From assembly GCA_028713055.1 (NCBI GenBank), contig JAQTOX010000001.1, positions 3,988 through 67,987 on the forward strand: a stretch of 64,000 bases of DNA. Reading direction: 5' to 3'. The notes below the pieces were generated by a model. The model ran no database searches, was not told the origin of the DNA, and was given only the letters and a program-made list of their open reading frames with translations. The translations under genes were made by a program, and so were the position numbers. The DNA comes from Methylococcales bacterium. GTDB lineage: Bacteria > Pseudomonadota > Gammaproteobacteria > Methylococcales > Methylomonadaceae. This document shows positions 8,808 to 18,500 of the stretch, piece by piece; within the stretch, counting starts at the first letter, position 1, and each line of letters opens with the position of its first letter.

Positions 8808-8963
8808 ATGACGCACATTGCTTATGCGGTTTATTTATTAAGTATTGCTATAATTTTCAACATCGTAAGAAAAGTATTTGGAGGTGATGCGCTAATACTA
8901 ACGGCGGCAATTATGACCTATGCAAATTCACTTATTTTTATCAATAAAAGAGCGGATAAATGA
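8808..8963 (+). CDS. Small membrane protein (51 aa, not in the ORF track)
   Basis: MTHIAYAVYLLSIAIIFNIVRKVFGGDALILTAAIMTYANSLIFINKRADK has two hydrophobic helices. Its stop overlaps the start of the protease gene (ATGA). Confidence 0.4.
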   Translation: MTHIAYAVYLLSIAIIFNIVRKVFGGDALILTAAIMTYANSLIFINKRADK

Positions 8964-10231
8964 AGCCACTAAAACTACTTAATCGCTTATTCAGTCGCGG
9001 AGTGAACAGCAATGTTTTATCCGCGCTTTACAGTGAGATTTACAATCAACCCATTTGCGCTGAACCTGCTTTTGCAAAGTCAATTATTGACGGTTACTTG
9101 CACGGCACAATTGAACCTGCGGCTATGTCATCCGATAATGTGTTAGATGGTGAAACACGTTTAACGTACAAATTAACCGATAACATTGCAGTAATGGATA
9201 TTTCAGGCGCGTTATCTTCACGTCGAATTTCAGGGTATTGTGGTAGTGCGCCAATTAGTTACGAGGAAATTCTAAGTGACTTTAGATCGATTCAAGCCAA
9301 TACAAATATCACTGATTTGTTTATTCAATTCTCAAGCGGTGGTGGCAGTGCAATCAATATGTGCGATTTGTCGGACGTTTTCTATAATGCACGCGGTAAA
9401 GGTTTGAAAATAACGGCTATCGTTTCAACGATGGCAGCCTCAGCGGCTTATGGTATTGCGTCAGCGTGTGACGAAATCATTATCACGCGCAATGCCGCCG
9501 TGGGTTCAATCGGGACGTATATTTGTTTGCAAAATGACGTTAAAGCCAATGAAATGGCAGGTATTGAATTTACCTATGTTGTCAGTGACGCACACAAAAT
9601 CGATGGCTCGCCAGACGTACCATTAACCGATTCGGCAAAACAAGGTTTTCAAGATGATGTGATTGCAATTGATACCCTGTTTAAAGAAACTATCGCACGA
9701 AATCGCGGCTTAGATGTCAGTGCAATTTATGCAATGGAAGCGCGTTGTTATCGTGGTGAATTAGCGATTACAGCAGGTTTAGCGGACAGAATTAGTACCT
9801 TTGAAGAAGTTGTAAATGAAATTTTAACCAAAAGTGAGAAACAAAAAATCATGACTATTACCGCAGAAAATTTTGCCGCGCAAGGCGAACAAATCAGTCA
9901 ATTGGTGAAATCAATGTCTGATTTAACGGGCATCGTTTCACAAATGGCACAAGAACCCGCCGCGAAAGCAAATGAATCGGCAATTGCTGATATGTGCGCG
10001 GCGGCAAGTGTCCCCGATACAATAGCGAAATTACTGATTAAGTCAGGCGCAACCATTGAAGAAGTCCGAGCGAGCTTAATTGATTCGCAAGCGGAAAAAA
10101 GTGAAACCATAAAAATAGACGGGTTTTTATCTGCCAAGCTACAAGGTGAACAACCACCCGCTGCTCTTGATTCATTCTCAAGCATTGAAGCATTGGAAGT
10201 GCAACGCAAACAATATATTGGAGCGAAATAA
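8960..10231 (+). CDS. Prohead protease, S49/SppA (lambda gpC-like), with a C-terminal scaffold-like tail
   Basis: The core ...FSSGGGSAINMCDL...STMAASAAYGIASACDEIIITRNAAVGSIGTY matches the S49/ClpP-fold capsid protease. The C-terminal ~130 aa are helical and acidic, like the Nu3 scaffold. Confidence 0.8.
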   Translation: MKPLKLLNRLFSRGVNSNVLSALYSEIYNQPICAEPAFAKSIIDGYLHGTIEPAAMSSDNVLDGETRLTYKLTDNIAVMDISGALSSRRISGYCGSAPISYEEILSDFRSIQANTNITDLFIQFSSGGGSAINMCDLSDVFYNARGKGLKITAIVSTMAASAAYGIASACDEIIITRNAAVGSIGTYICLQNDVKANEMAGIEFTYVVSDAHKIDGSPDVPLTDSAKQGFQDDVIAIDTLFKETIARNRGLDVSAIYAMEARCYRGELAITAGLADRISTFEEVVNEILTKSEKQKIMTITAENFAAQGEQISQLVKSMSDLTGIVSQMAQEPAAKANESAIADMCAAASVPDTIAKLLIKSGATIEEVRASLIDSQAEKSETIKIDGFLSAKLQGEQPPAALDSFSSIEALEVQRKQYIGAK

Positions 10232-11172
10232 TGGCGGCTATCACGAGTATAGAAGGTAATCACAATTTAGAATTTGTGTTGAATATCGAAGAAAACAGCG
10301 TTGATGAAGGAATTATTGCCAGTGGTCAAAACTTAGTTAGCGGCACGGTTTTAGGTAAAATTGTTGCCAATACAACGGCTACGGCAAGTACGGTAACGGG
10401 AACGGGCGTTTTAACGATTACAGCGGGTGCATTAGGTGCAAATGCGATTGTTGGAACGTATAGAGCTACTTGTATTACAGCTGGTGCAACGGCAGTTTAT
10501 GAATTTGAAACGCCAACAGGAGTACAGTTACGCCAAGATATGACCGTTGGTGCAGGTTCGACAGATATTGATGGGCATTTTACAGTCGGTGCAGTAAATG
10601 GGACAAACTCAGTTGTTGGTGATTTTTTCACCTTTACGATTGCATCAAGCACTGTTTCAACAATTTCTGCCAGTGCAGTTGTTGGTACTGGTAACGGGGT
10701 AATTACGGCGGGTGCAGGCGGTGGTTTAGCGTTAGACGGTGCTTATTGCGTTGTTTGTACAACAGCAGCGTTAAATGCAGGTATTTTTACAGTCTATCAA
10801 CCTTTAACCAATGAAGTTATTGGTACAGTAACGGTTTCCGCAGGTGCTACCTCAGTTGCAGGTCACTTTACATTAACCATTGCAGATGGTGCTGCAGATT
10901 TTGTTGTCGGCGACCGCTTTGTTGTAACAGTATCAATCCCAAAACCAACTTATATCTTGCATAACCCAGCGGCAGTTGATGGCTCACAGAATGCTATTGC
11001 TGTTTTATGTCATGCTGTTGATGCAACATCTGGTGCATTACATTCTGATGTCATAGCGCGAAATGCACTGATTTATGACAGCAAATTAACGTGGAAATCA
11101 GGCATTACTGCGGCTCAAAAATTAGCGGCTCTTGCATCGTTAGAATCAAAGTTGATTACTGTTAGAACCTAA
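10231..11172 (+). CDS. Head decoration protein, gpD-like, interrupted by a tandemly duplicated ~85-aa domain
   Basis: The N-terminus (ASGQNLVSGTVLGKIV) and C-terminus (NPAAVDGSQNAIAVLCHAVDATSG...LTW) match the gpD family pattern. aa ~47-240 form two related G/T/A/V-rich repeats. Confidence 0.65.
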   Translation: MAAITSIEGNHNLEFVLNIEENSVDEGIIASGQNLVSGTVLGKIVANTTATASTVTGTGVLTITAGALGANAIVGTYRATCITAGATAVYEFETPTGVQLRQDMTVGAGSTDIDGHFTVGAVNGTNSVVGDFFTFTIASSTVSTISASAVVGTGNGVITAGAGGGLALDGAYCVVCTTAALNAGIFTVYQPLTNEVIGTVTVSAGATSVAGHFTLTIADGAADFVVGDRFVVTVSIPKPTYILHNPAAVDGSQNAIAVLCHAVDATSGALHSDVIARNALIYDSKLTWKSGITAAQKLAALASLESKLITVRT

Positions 11173-11224
11173 ACAAACCCTAAATCTGTCGTGATGATAG
11201 CAATTCCTTTATGGAGCAACAAAA

Positions 11225-12202
11225 ATGGCAAGCAGTCCCTTTAATCTTGATGCGTTTAGCAACGGATCATTAGTCAAAAGTATCGTTAATTCTGATTATG
11301 TCCCAACACAGATTGGCGATTCAGGTTTATTCAAAGCAGAAAGCGTGAATACGTCTACGGTTTCACTTGAAACAGATGGCACGGTGGTTTCATTGGTAGG
11401 CATCAAGCCACGCGGCGCACCTGCTCAAGTTATCGGTTCGCAAAATAAGCGCAAATTAAAAACCTTTACCGTGCCACATTTACCGCAAATCGCAACGGTA
11501 TTAGCGGGTGAAGTTGCAAATGTGCGAGAGTTCGGCACGGCAACAGGTATGCGTACTGTGCAGTCAATTATTGCTAAGAAATCCGCTTTAGCGCGTGCAA
11601 ACATTGATTACACCACCGAAGCACACCGTTTAGATGCCATTATGGGTAATTACAACGATGTGAACGGAACAAAATCAAGCCTTTACACTGAAATGGGAAC
11701 ATCCCAACAAGTTGAAACGATTGATTTAAGTGCGACAACAACCGATTTGTTGAGTGTTTTATTTGACATTCGCTTAAAACAAAAAGCGGCATTAGGCGGT
11801 ATTCCGTCAATTGGTGGTCGTATTTATTACGGCGATGCGAAATGGGCGGAGTTCTTGAAAAGTAAAAGCGTCGCCGCCGCTTATGCGAATTGGCAAAATA
11901 ACGTTTTACCGCGTGACCCTCGCGCTCCTTTGACGTTTGGCGGCTTTGAACACGTTTGGTATTCGGGTAGTTCATTAGTTGAAATCCCTAAAACAGAAGC
12001 CTACGCCGTGCCATTAGGTGTAATTGGTCAGTTTATTCAAGTTTATGCACCCGCAGAAACAATGACCGATATTGGCGGAATGGGAATGCCTTATTACGCT
12101 ACTACTGAATTGATGGATCATAATGCAGGGATTGAAATTAAGTATGAAACAAATGTTTTAACACTAAATATGTTACCCGCCAGCGTGATAAAATTGGCGT
12201 AA
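11225..12202 (+). CDS. Major capsid protein, lambda gpE family
   Basis: 325 aa. The N-terminal pattern F....L...V......P..I...GLF....V.T..V.LE......L....PRGAP......K....F.VPH.....V.A.EV..VREFG is typical of the Phage_cap_E family. Gene order also fits. Confidence 0.85.
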   Translation: MASSPFNLDAFSNGSLVKSIVNSDYVPTQIGDSGLFKAESVNTSTVSLETDGTVVSLVGIKPRGAPAQVIGSQNKRKLKTFTVPHLPQIATVLAGEVANVREFGTATGMRTVQSIIAKKSALARANIDYTTEAHRLDAIMGNYNDVNGTKSSLYTEMGTSQQVETIDLSATTTDLLSVLFDIRLKQKAALGGIPSIGGRIYYGDAKWAEFLKSKSVAAAYANWQNNVLPRDPRAPLTFGGFEHVWYSGSSLVEIPKTEAYAVPLGVIGQFIQVYAPAETMTDIGGMGMPYYATTELMDHNAGIEIKYETNVLTLNMLPASVIKLA

Positions 12203-12291
12203 GCTACTTTTTTCAAGTTAGTTTTTAGCCCGTAGGAATGTAAAAGGTTCACGGGATTTTTAGGTAAAAGTAGCATTGAAATAACGTTAAA

Positions 12292-12585
12292 ATGAATCCT
12301 TATTTATTCGCCGTCGAAGCAAAATACAAAACACCCTTAGCTAGTGACGCGCTTTATAATACGTTTCCGTTAAAAGTGATTTTAAGTCATGGCGCGAAAG
12401 CAGATGATTTAGGATTAGTAAATGTTGATGATATGCAATTTACTTGTCGGGTTTTAAAATCAGAAATTGACCGTTTAGGTATTTTTCCACGCAATAAAAT
12501 TGTGATTGATGGCTTAACGTTCAAAATTACAAAAATTCCAATGGCATTGCAGGGCGAAGTGATTATGTATTTGCAGGAGGATTAG
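12292..12585 (+). CDS. Head-tail adaptor/joining protein (FII-like position)
   Basis: 97 aa. The C-terminal pattern R.K.VIDG..F.I.KI.....GEVIMYL resembles head-tail joining proteins. Position is after the capsid gene. Confidence 0.45.
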   Translation: MNPYLFAVEAKYKTPLASDALYNTFPLKVILSHGAKADDLGLVNVDDMQFTCRVLKSEIDRLGIFPRNKIVIDGLTFKITKIPMALQGEVIMYLQED

Positions 12586-13185
12586 ATGGCAGGTTTTAGC
12601 GTAACCATGCAGGACGCGCAACTTTGGGAATTCGCGCAAAATTATCCAATAGCGTTAAAAAACGCTGTTCGTAGCAGTGTTCGCACAACCACGACATTTG
12701 CTAAAAAACAAACCGATAAACAGCTAACAGACGTTTATTTTACGCCGCCTAAAACACTCAAAAATTTTCGTGATAAATCGAAGTATTATGAACTTAGAGA
12801 TGGTGCAACATTTCGCGGTCGAATCTGGGTGGGTTCTAATGACATTAAAGCCGTATCAAGTGGTGATAATTCATTTTTAGGAAGGTTAAGTGAATTTGAA
12901 GGCGGCGCACAAGCGGGTAAATATCTATTCGCTGGTGGCTTTATTCCGAAACTTAAATCAGGACATAAGGCGATTTTTAAACGGGTTCAACGCGGTACTA
13001 AAATCGGCAAGCGCGGTAAAACGATTATTGATTACGTTTTGCAAAAACAATCTATCGCAATGGATAAAACAGATGCAAAGATCGGTGAAATATCGGTTGA
13101 TATGAGTTTAGAGCTTGCTAATCGTTTTGATGCTAAAATTAGACACTATTTGCAAACAGGTTATATTCCAAGTGGGGATGATTAG
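12586..13185 (+). CDS. Tail completion protein (gpZ-like position)
   Basis: 199 aa, with its start adjacent to the previous stop. Size and order match lambda Z, and there is loose pattern similarity (GGFIPKLKSGHKAIFKRV). Confidence 0.45.
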   Translation: MAGFSVTMQDAQLWEFAQNYPIALKNAVRSSVRTTTTFAKKQTDKQLTDVYFTPPKTLKNFRDKSKYYELRDGATFRGRIWVGSNDIKAVSSGDNSFLGRLSEFEGGAQAGKYLFAGGFIPKLKSGHKAIFKRVQRGTKIGKRGKTIIDYVLQKQSIAMDKTDAKIGEISVDMSLELANRFDAKIRHYLQTGYIPSGDD

Positions 13186-13626
13186 ATGTATTCATGTCAA
13201 CAGCACTTAATTGACCGCATAAAAGCACAAGTGACAGACTTTGCAATCGTTACCAATGCGTCACTATCACCCGATGATAAGACACTAGCAAAGAAGCTAC
13301 CTGCTTGCACCGTATCGATTATGGATAATAAAAATAATGATTTTCCTAACTCATTATCGGGTGACTTTCAAATCATTGAAACAGCACTGGCAATAACGGT
13401 TATAATTTCGCACGAAGCCGACGCTTTAGCGCATGAACAAACTGAAACTATCGGTGGCGCGTTAATGCTTAAAACCTTGAAAGCAGTGCTGAATTATCGA
13501 CCAACAGGTTTTAATGATTCATTTAGCTTAATTGGTGTATTTTCACCTGCTCCTGTTTATTTTGACGAGCAAGGCATGGCGGCATTTACTCGCGCCGTAA
13601 AAATTTGTGATGTAATTATATTGTAA
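13186..13626 (+). CDS. Tail terminator-like protein (gpU position)
   Basis: 146 aa, with its start adjacent to the previous stop. The assignment rests on order and size only. Confidence 0.4.
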   Translation: MYSCQQHLIDRIKAQVTDFAIVTNASLSPDDKTLAKKLPACTVSIMDNKNNDFPNSLSGDFQIIETALAITVIISHEADALAHEQTETIGGALMLKTLKAVLNYRPTGFNDSFSLIGVFSPAPVYFDEQGMAAFTRAVKICDVIIL

Positions 13627-13702
13627 AAAATGCGTCATGTCGTGAGACACACGCGCCCTACTGTCGAGATGACAGCAATTTTCCATTTTGGAGTTTTAAC
13701 AC

Positions 13703-14617
13703 ATGGCACAATCAAAACCGTTCACCTCCAAAAATGCAACACTTCGCATTTTTGATAATTCTACAGCAGCGCAGCAAACGCTTTTAAATACACTGATGAC
13801 TGCGTTACAAAATGCAGGGTCACAAACACCGCTTACCGATGCTCAAAAACAAGGGTATTTTGCAACTTATATTGCAGGAATGGTTGCATTGCAAGGCATA
13901 AGTTATTTTGATACTGCACTTACCTTAACTGGCTCTACTCTTAATGTTACCCCTGCTGCACAAGTAGAAGGGTTTTACTCTGGTTCATTTTCAAAACTAA
14001 TCGGCGGGGTAACTTATGCCGGTACTTGGGTATCGACGGGTACGCAATCTACAACTGCAATGACTGCTAGAATTAACATCACTTCTGTTACTGGTATTCA
14101 AGGTTCTGCAACATCGATTCCTTCATTTGTAATTGCTGACTTCCCAAATTTTGCAACTATCGTGGCTGGAACATCTGCCGTTGCACTTAGCGGGACGGCA
14201 ACAATTCCATTGCAAACAGTAGTTCATTCATTGATTGACGGTATTACGGCTTATGGCGATACAGGCGAAAAAGACAATGTTGTAACTGCAAAGTTAATCA
14301 ACCGATCTGGTACATTCAAAGGTAAAGGTTCAACGGATGGCGGTGATTGGTCGTTTGATATGTTAGAAATCCCAGCGGATGCAGGGCAGCAATTAGTAGT
14401 TGCAGCTAAAGCAGACCAAACAGCAAACGCTAACCGTGTTTGGGTACAAACATTTAATAACAGTAATGACGGATCATCAATTCAACGTTGGTATGGTATT
14501 GGATTAGTTCCTTCAATTACTGCGCCTGCCGCTGTGGATGCTTATGTCTCGTTAAAAGTAACTGTTCCATTACAGGACGGTCAAGTACGTTCATCTGTAT
14601 TTATCGCTGGAATTTAA
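13703..14617 (+). CDS. Major tail tube protein (positional call)
   Basis: 304 aa, immediately upstream of the frameshifted chaperone pair and the tape measure. It is followed by a strong hairpin terminator, as is common for major tail genes. Confidence 0.55.
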   Translation: MAQSKPFTSKNATLRIFDNSTAAQQTLLNTLMTALQNAGSQTPLTDAQKQGYFATYIAGMVALQGISYFDTALTLTGSTLNVTPAAQVEGFYSGSFSKLIGGVTYAGTWVSTGTQSTTAMTARINITSVTGIQGSATSIPSFVIADFPNFATIVAGTSAVALSGTATIPLQTVVHSLIDGITAYGDTGEKDNVVTAKLINRSGTFKGKGSTDGGDWSFDMLEIPADAGQQLVVAAKADQTANANRVWVQTFNNSNDGSSIQRWYGIGLVPSITAPAAVDAYVSLKVTVPLQDGQVRSSVFIAGI

Positions 14618-14626
14618 TTTTTATCT

Positions 14627-14657
14627 ACCGCGTTGCAATGGTGTAACGCGGTTTTTT
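14627..14657 (+). terminator. Rho-independent terminator/attenuator after the major tail gene
   Basis: accgcgtt (14627-14634) pairs with aacgcggt (14645-14652), followed by a T-run to 14657. Confidence 0.7.
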
Positions 14658-14679
14658 ATTCGTTTTTAGGAAAAATATC

Positions 14680-15099
14680 ATGGCACAAAAAGAAGTTTTC
14701 AGAGTAAGTAGACACGGCGAAAATACTGTTATCATCACTATTTTAGACGATGATTACAAACCATTTACTGACAATAACGGTGCTGTTATGGCTGTTAAAC
14801 TCGGTAATATGAAGTCAAAGAAATGGAGTGATGAAGAAAATCGTCAATTTTTAGCGGGTGCAAAAACACGCGGTAAATTGGATAAGTCACTCGATGCGTA
14901 CAAAAAAGAAAATAACAATCAATTGGCTTCTATTTTTGAAGGATTTGTTGAACCATTTGAATTTGATGGTCGCGTTTTAACCAATTCTGCTGACGATTTT
15001 ATTTTCCTTTTAGAAGAGCTGCCGTTCTTTTTCAAGCAGGTAAATGAAACTGTTGCGAACCTTGATTTGTATGTAAAAAAAATCGACGCAATTGCATAG
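14680..15099 (+). CDS. Tail assembly chaperone (gpG-like)
   Basis: 139 aa, acidic, directly upstream of the tape measure. It contains the slippery A8 run near its 3' end. Confidence 0.7.
   Translation: MAQKEVFRVSRHGENTVIITILDDDYKPFTDNNGAVMAVKLGNMKSKKWSDEENRQFLAGAKTRGKLDKSLDAYKKENNNQLASIFEGFVEPFEFDGRVLTNSADDFIFLLEELPFFFKQVNETVANLDLYVKKIDAIA
15075..15082 (+). promoter_or_regulatory. Candidate -1 programmed ribosomal frameshift site (A8 slippery run)
   Basis: In the G frame it reads GT(A AAA AAA) ATC. The -1 frame is open, with no stop, from 15075 through the 15159 ATG to 15485. Confidence 0.6.
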
Positions 15100-15158
15100 A
15101 TTACGCCAAAAAACTCGCATGGATTAACGCAGCACCAGGCGAGAGCAAAGATAAACCG

Positions 15159-15485
15159 ATGAGCCGTCTTGATAATAGAAAGGCGGCTTTAAAGTTTAAG
15201 TTGATGACACAAGAAGAATTTGACACATTCGCCAAAATGCCCGAAATAGACTTTGATTTCCAATACATAATCAAATGGTTTCATGAGTTGGGAATTTGTG
15301 AAAATAATGGCATGGGTACAACGCCTTTTTCACATAAAGAATTGCACTCATGGCGCGAAAATATGCAACTTGATGTATTACCGTGGGATATTTCATTATT
15401 GCGGGAAATGTCAGTGGCGTTTATTTCGATGCAAGAGAAATCAAAAGACCCAGAGCAAATTGATCCATTATTAGATTTTGAATAA
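15159..15485 (+). CDS. gpT-like C-terminal extension; probably expressed as a G-T fusion (14680..15081 joined in the -1 frame to ..15485)
   Basis: The ORF is in the -1 frame relative to the gpG-like gene. The frame is continuous back to the slippery site. The arrangement is conserved in long-tailed phages. Confidence 0.6.
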   Translation: MSRLDNRKAALKFKLMTQEEFDTFAKMPEIDFDFQYIIKWFHELGICENNGMGTTPFSHKELHSWRENMQLDVLPWDISLLREMSVAFISMQEKSKDPEQIDPLLDFE

Positions 15486-15523
15486 AAATAAATTAACGTT
15501 GTGATAACGTAAAGAAGGCGGCA

Positions 15524-18500
15524 ATGGCGCAGCAAAACGCAACACTTGTTATCAATGCAAATACCCAAGATGCAGAAAACGGATTGCGTCGTGTTGGCGT
15601 TGGAATGCAAGAAAATAGACGCGGTGCATTAGAGCTATCAAGTGCATTTAATTCCATGAATTTAGCCATTGCAGGGTCAAGTGGCGCATTAGGCGCATTA
15701 CGTAATTTACTCGGTACATTAGGATTAGGTGTCGGGATTCACCAATTAGCCGAATACATGGATAGTTGGGCGAATCTCAACGCACGTTTAAAACTCGTTA
15801 CAAACTCCTTTCAAGAATTTCAAGCCTCCCAAAAAGGTGTGTTTGACATTGCACAATCCACACGGCAAGGCTTAAAAGAAACCGCTGATTTGTATTACAA
15901 GGTGGCGGACGCAACAAAAGCAATGGGTAAGTCCCAGCAAGATGTTTTACAACACGTCAAAGCTGTAAATCAGGCAATGATTATTTCAGGTTCTTCTCCA
16001 GAATCGGCTAAAGCTGCGATCACTCAGTACATTCAAAGTATTCAAGGTGTTATGCAAGGTGATGAAGCCCGTAGTTTGCGTGAACAAGCTCCGCGTTTAT
16101 TCCGTGCAATTCGTGAAAATATCGAGGTCGAAACAGGCAAGTTCGGTGCTTCACAAATGAAGTTTAAACAACTTTTATCGGATGGTTTTGTCGATACTAA
16201 TAAATTGTTTGGAGCAATGGAACGCGCCGCCCCACAACTCGAAAAAGAATTTTCAAAATTACCGCTCACGATTGGTCAAGCGTGGCAATTACTTGAAAAT
16301 CAAATGTTAAAATTTGTCGGTTCTCAAAGCGAATCGACAGGGATGTTCACAGCGATTGCGAACGGCGTTAAATTGCTGTCTGAAAATATCGATAATTTGG
16401 TTAATGTGCTGGGTATTGCTGTTGCGAGTTGGGCGGCTTACAAAGCAATGGTTTTTCTAAACATTGAAGGAATGATTGCCGCAGGAAAAGAAAATGAAAT
16501 TAGATTAGCAGGTATTGCAGCCGAAACTGCTGCCATTGAAACGAATACAGCGGCTAATTTAGCAAACGCCCAAAGCAATATGGCAAAATCCTCACTGCAC
16601 GGCGCATCTTACCTGAGTAGCAACAAAGGCGATATTCCATCAATTAACGCGACAGCCGTTAAAACTGCAAATGATTTAGCGACTGCAACTAATGGTGTAG
16701 CGTTTGCAAATGCACGTTTAGTTTCGTCAGAAGATGCTCGAATTTTAGCAAGTCAAAATTTAGCAGTCGCAACATCAGAGCGTGTAATTTTAGAACGCTC
16801 TATGGCTGTTGCTCAATCAATGAATATAATCGCTCAAAATAGATTAAATGAGGTTGTAGCCATTGCATCTGGATTAAACACGCAAGATTCAAGGGCATTA
16901 TTTATTCATACTAACGCCATTGAAAACGCACGCATTGCACAAGTACAATTAACCTCATTAAAAGCTAATTACGCCGTAGCTGTTGAAAGAGAAACTGCGT
17001 TGCATTTAATTGAAACAAATGCCGTACGTGCTGAAATTGCTGCAAAAAATAATTTAACCGCCACAAATGCGATTTTGACAGAATCGAAAGTCACGAATAC
17101 CGCCGCTATATCAGCAAAAAAAGGTGCGATGACCGCGCGAATGGCGTTAATGGACGTACAAAATAAGGCAGCAATAGAACTTGCGGCTGCAACAACGGCA
17201 CATACATTAGCCACACAAGCAAATACTGTCGCGCAAGCAGAGGCGGCTTTTGCTGCAAGTTACACAGGTAAAGCGTTTGGATTTTTAAAATCAATTGTTA
17301 TCGGCGTGAAAGATGAGGTACTGATTTTAACCGCTGCCATGATGCGTAATCCATTTGTAGCCGCTGCCGTTGCAATCACAGCCGCAGCAACAGCCTCCTA
17401 TGCTTATCGTGATTCGCTTATCAAAGTTGGTGAGCAAGATGTAACACTTTGGTCGTCCATTAAAGCAAATTGGAACGCTTTTACTGGAATTTTTGAATGG
17501 GCAACAACACCGATTTCAAATTTCTTCGACGATTTTAAAAAAGCAATTGAAGGCGTGATGGTGGTAGCGAGATTCCTAAAAGAATTATTCGTTGCGTTAA
17601 TCCCTGATTCTGTTGTAAGCAAAATTGACTGGGTAAGCAATAAAGTTAGCGCATTGATGCCTGACTGGAAAAAAATAGGTAACGATGCAAAAGCAATGGA
17701 TAAGGCGGATAAACAAGCCGCAGAATATGCTAAATTTCAAGATAAAAATGAAGCGGGTTTTTATTCAACGCCATTGACCGATAAAGTTTCTGCTGGAGAA
17801 GAAATGATGCGCGGTTTAAATACCGTGAAAGCACACCAAGACAAAATTAAAAAACTGAATGATGACGCAATAATCGACTTAAAAAAACAAACTGATTTCA
17901 TTGCTGATTTAACCAAAAAAAGTAACGCTGAACTTGATGCAATTAAAAAACAAGATTTTGAATCCCAGATTGCTCAAGCTAATAAAGAATCAGCAAAGTA
18001 CCTTGAAATAAAAGAAGTAAATATCAAAAAAGAAAACGAGGCGATTGCTCAATTAAATAAAAAAGATTCTGGTAATACCGTATTAGAAAAAGAAATTGCT
18101 GCAAAACGTGCCAACATGAAAGAGTACCAATCATTGATGATTGAAGAACTGGCAATGAAACATGGTGTACCAGCAAATTTAGTTAAAGCAACGGCGACTA
18201 CCGAATCATCATGGAATCCTAATGCAATTAGTCCTGTTGGTGCGCGTGGATTATTGCAAGTTATGCCTGCTAATTTTAAGCATTTGGGCATTGCGCCAGA
18301 GGATGTTCAAAATGAAAAGGTAATGACTGACAAATCAATCACGTTCCTAAAAGAAATTTGGATTGCCGCAGGAAAAGACATTGATAAATTTTGGGTACTT
18401 TGGAATCAAGGGCATTTAAACAAAGATAAAGAAACTGGCGCATTTTCAATGTCATTACAAGCCGAAGAAACACAAAAAGGATTACCAAAACTTAAAGAGG

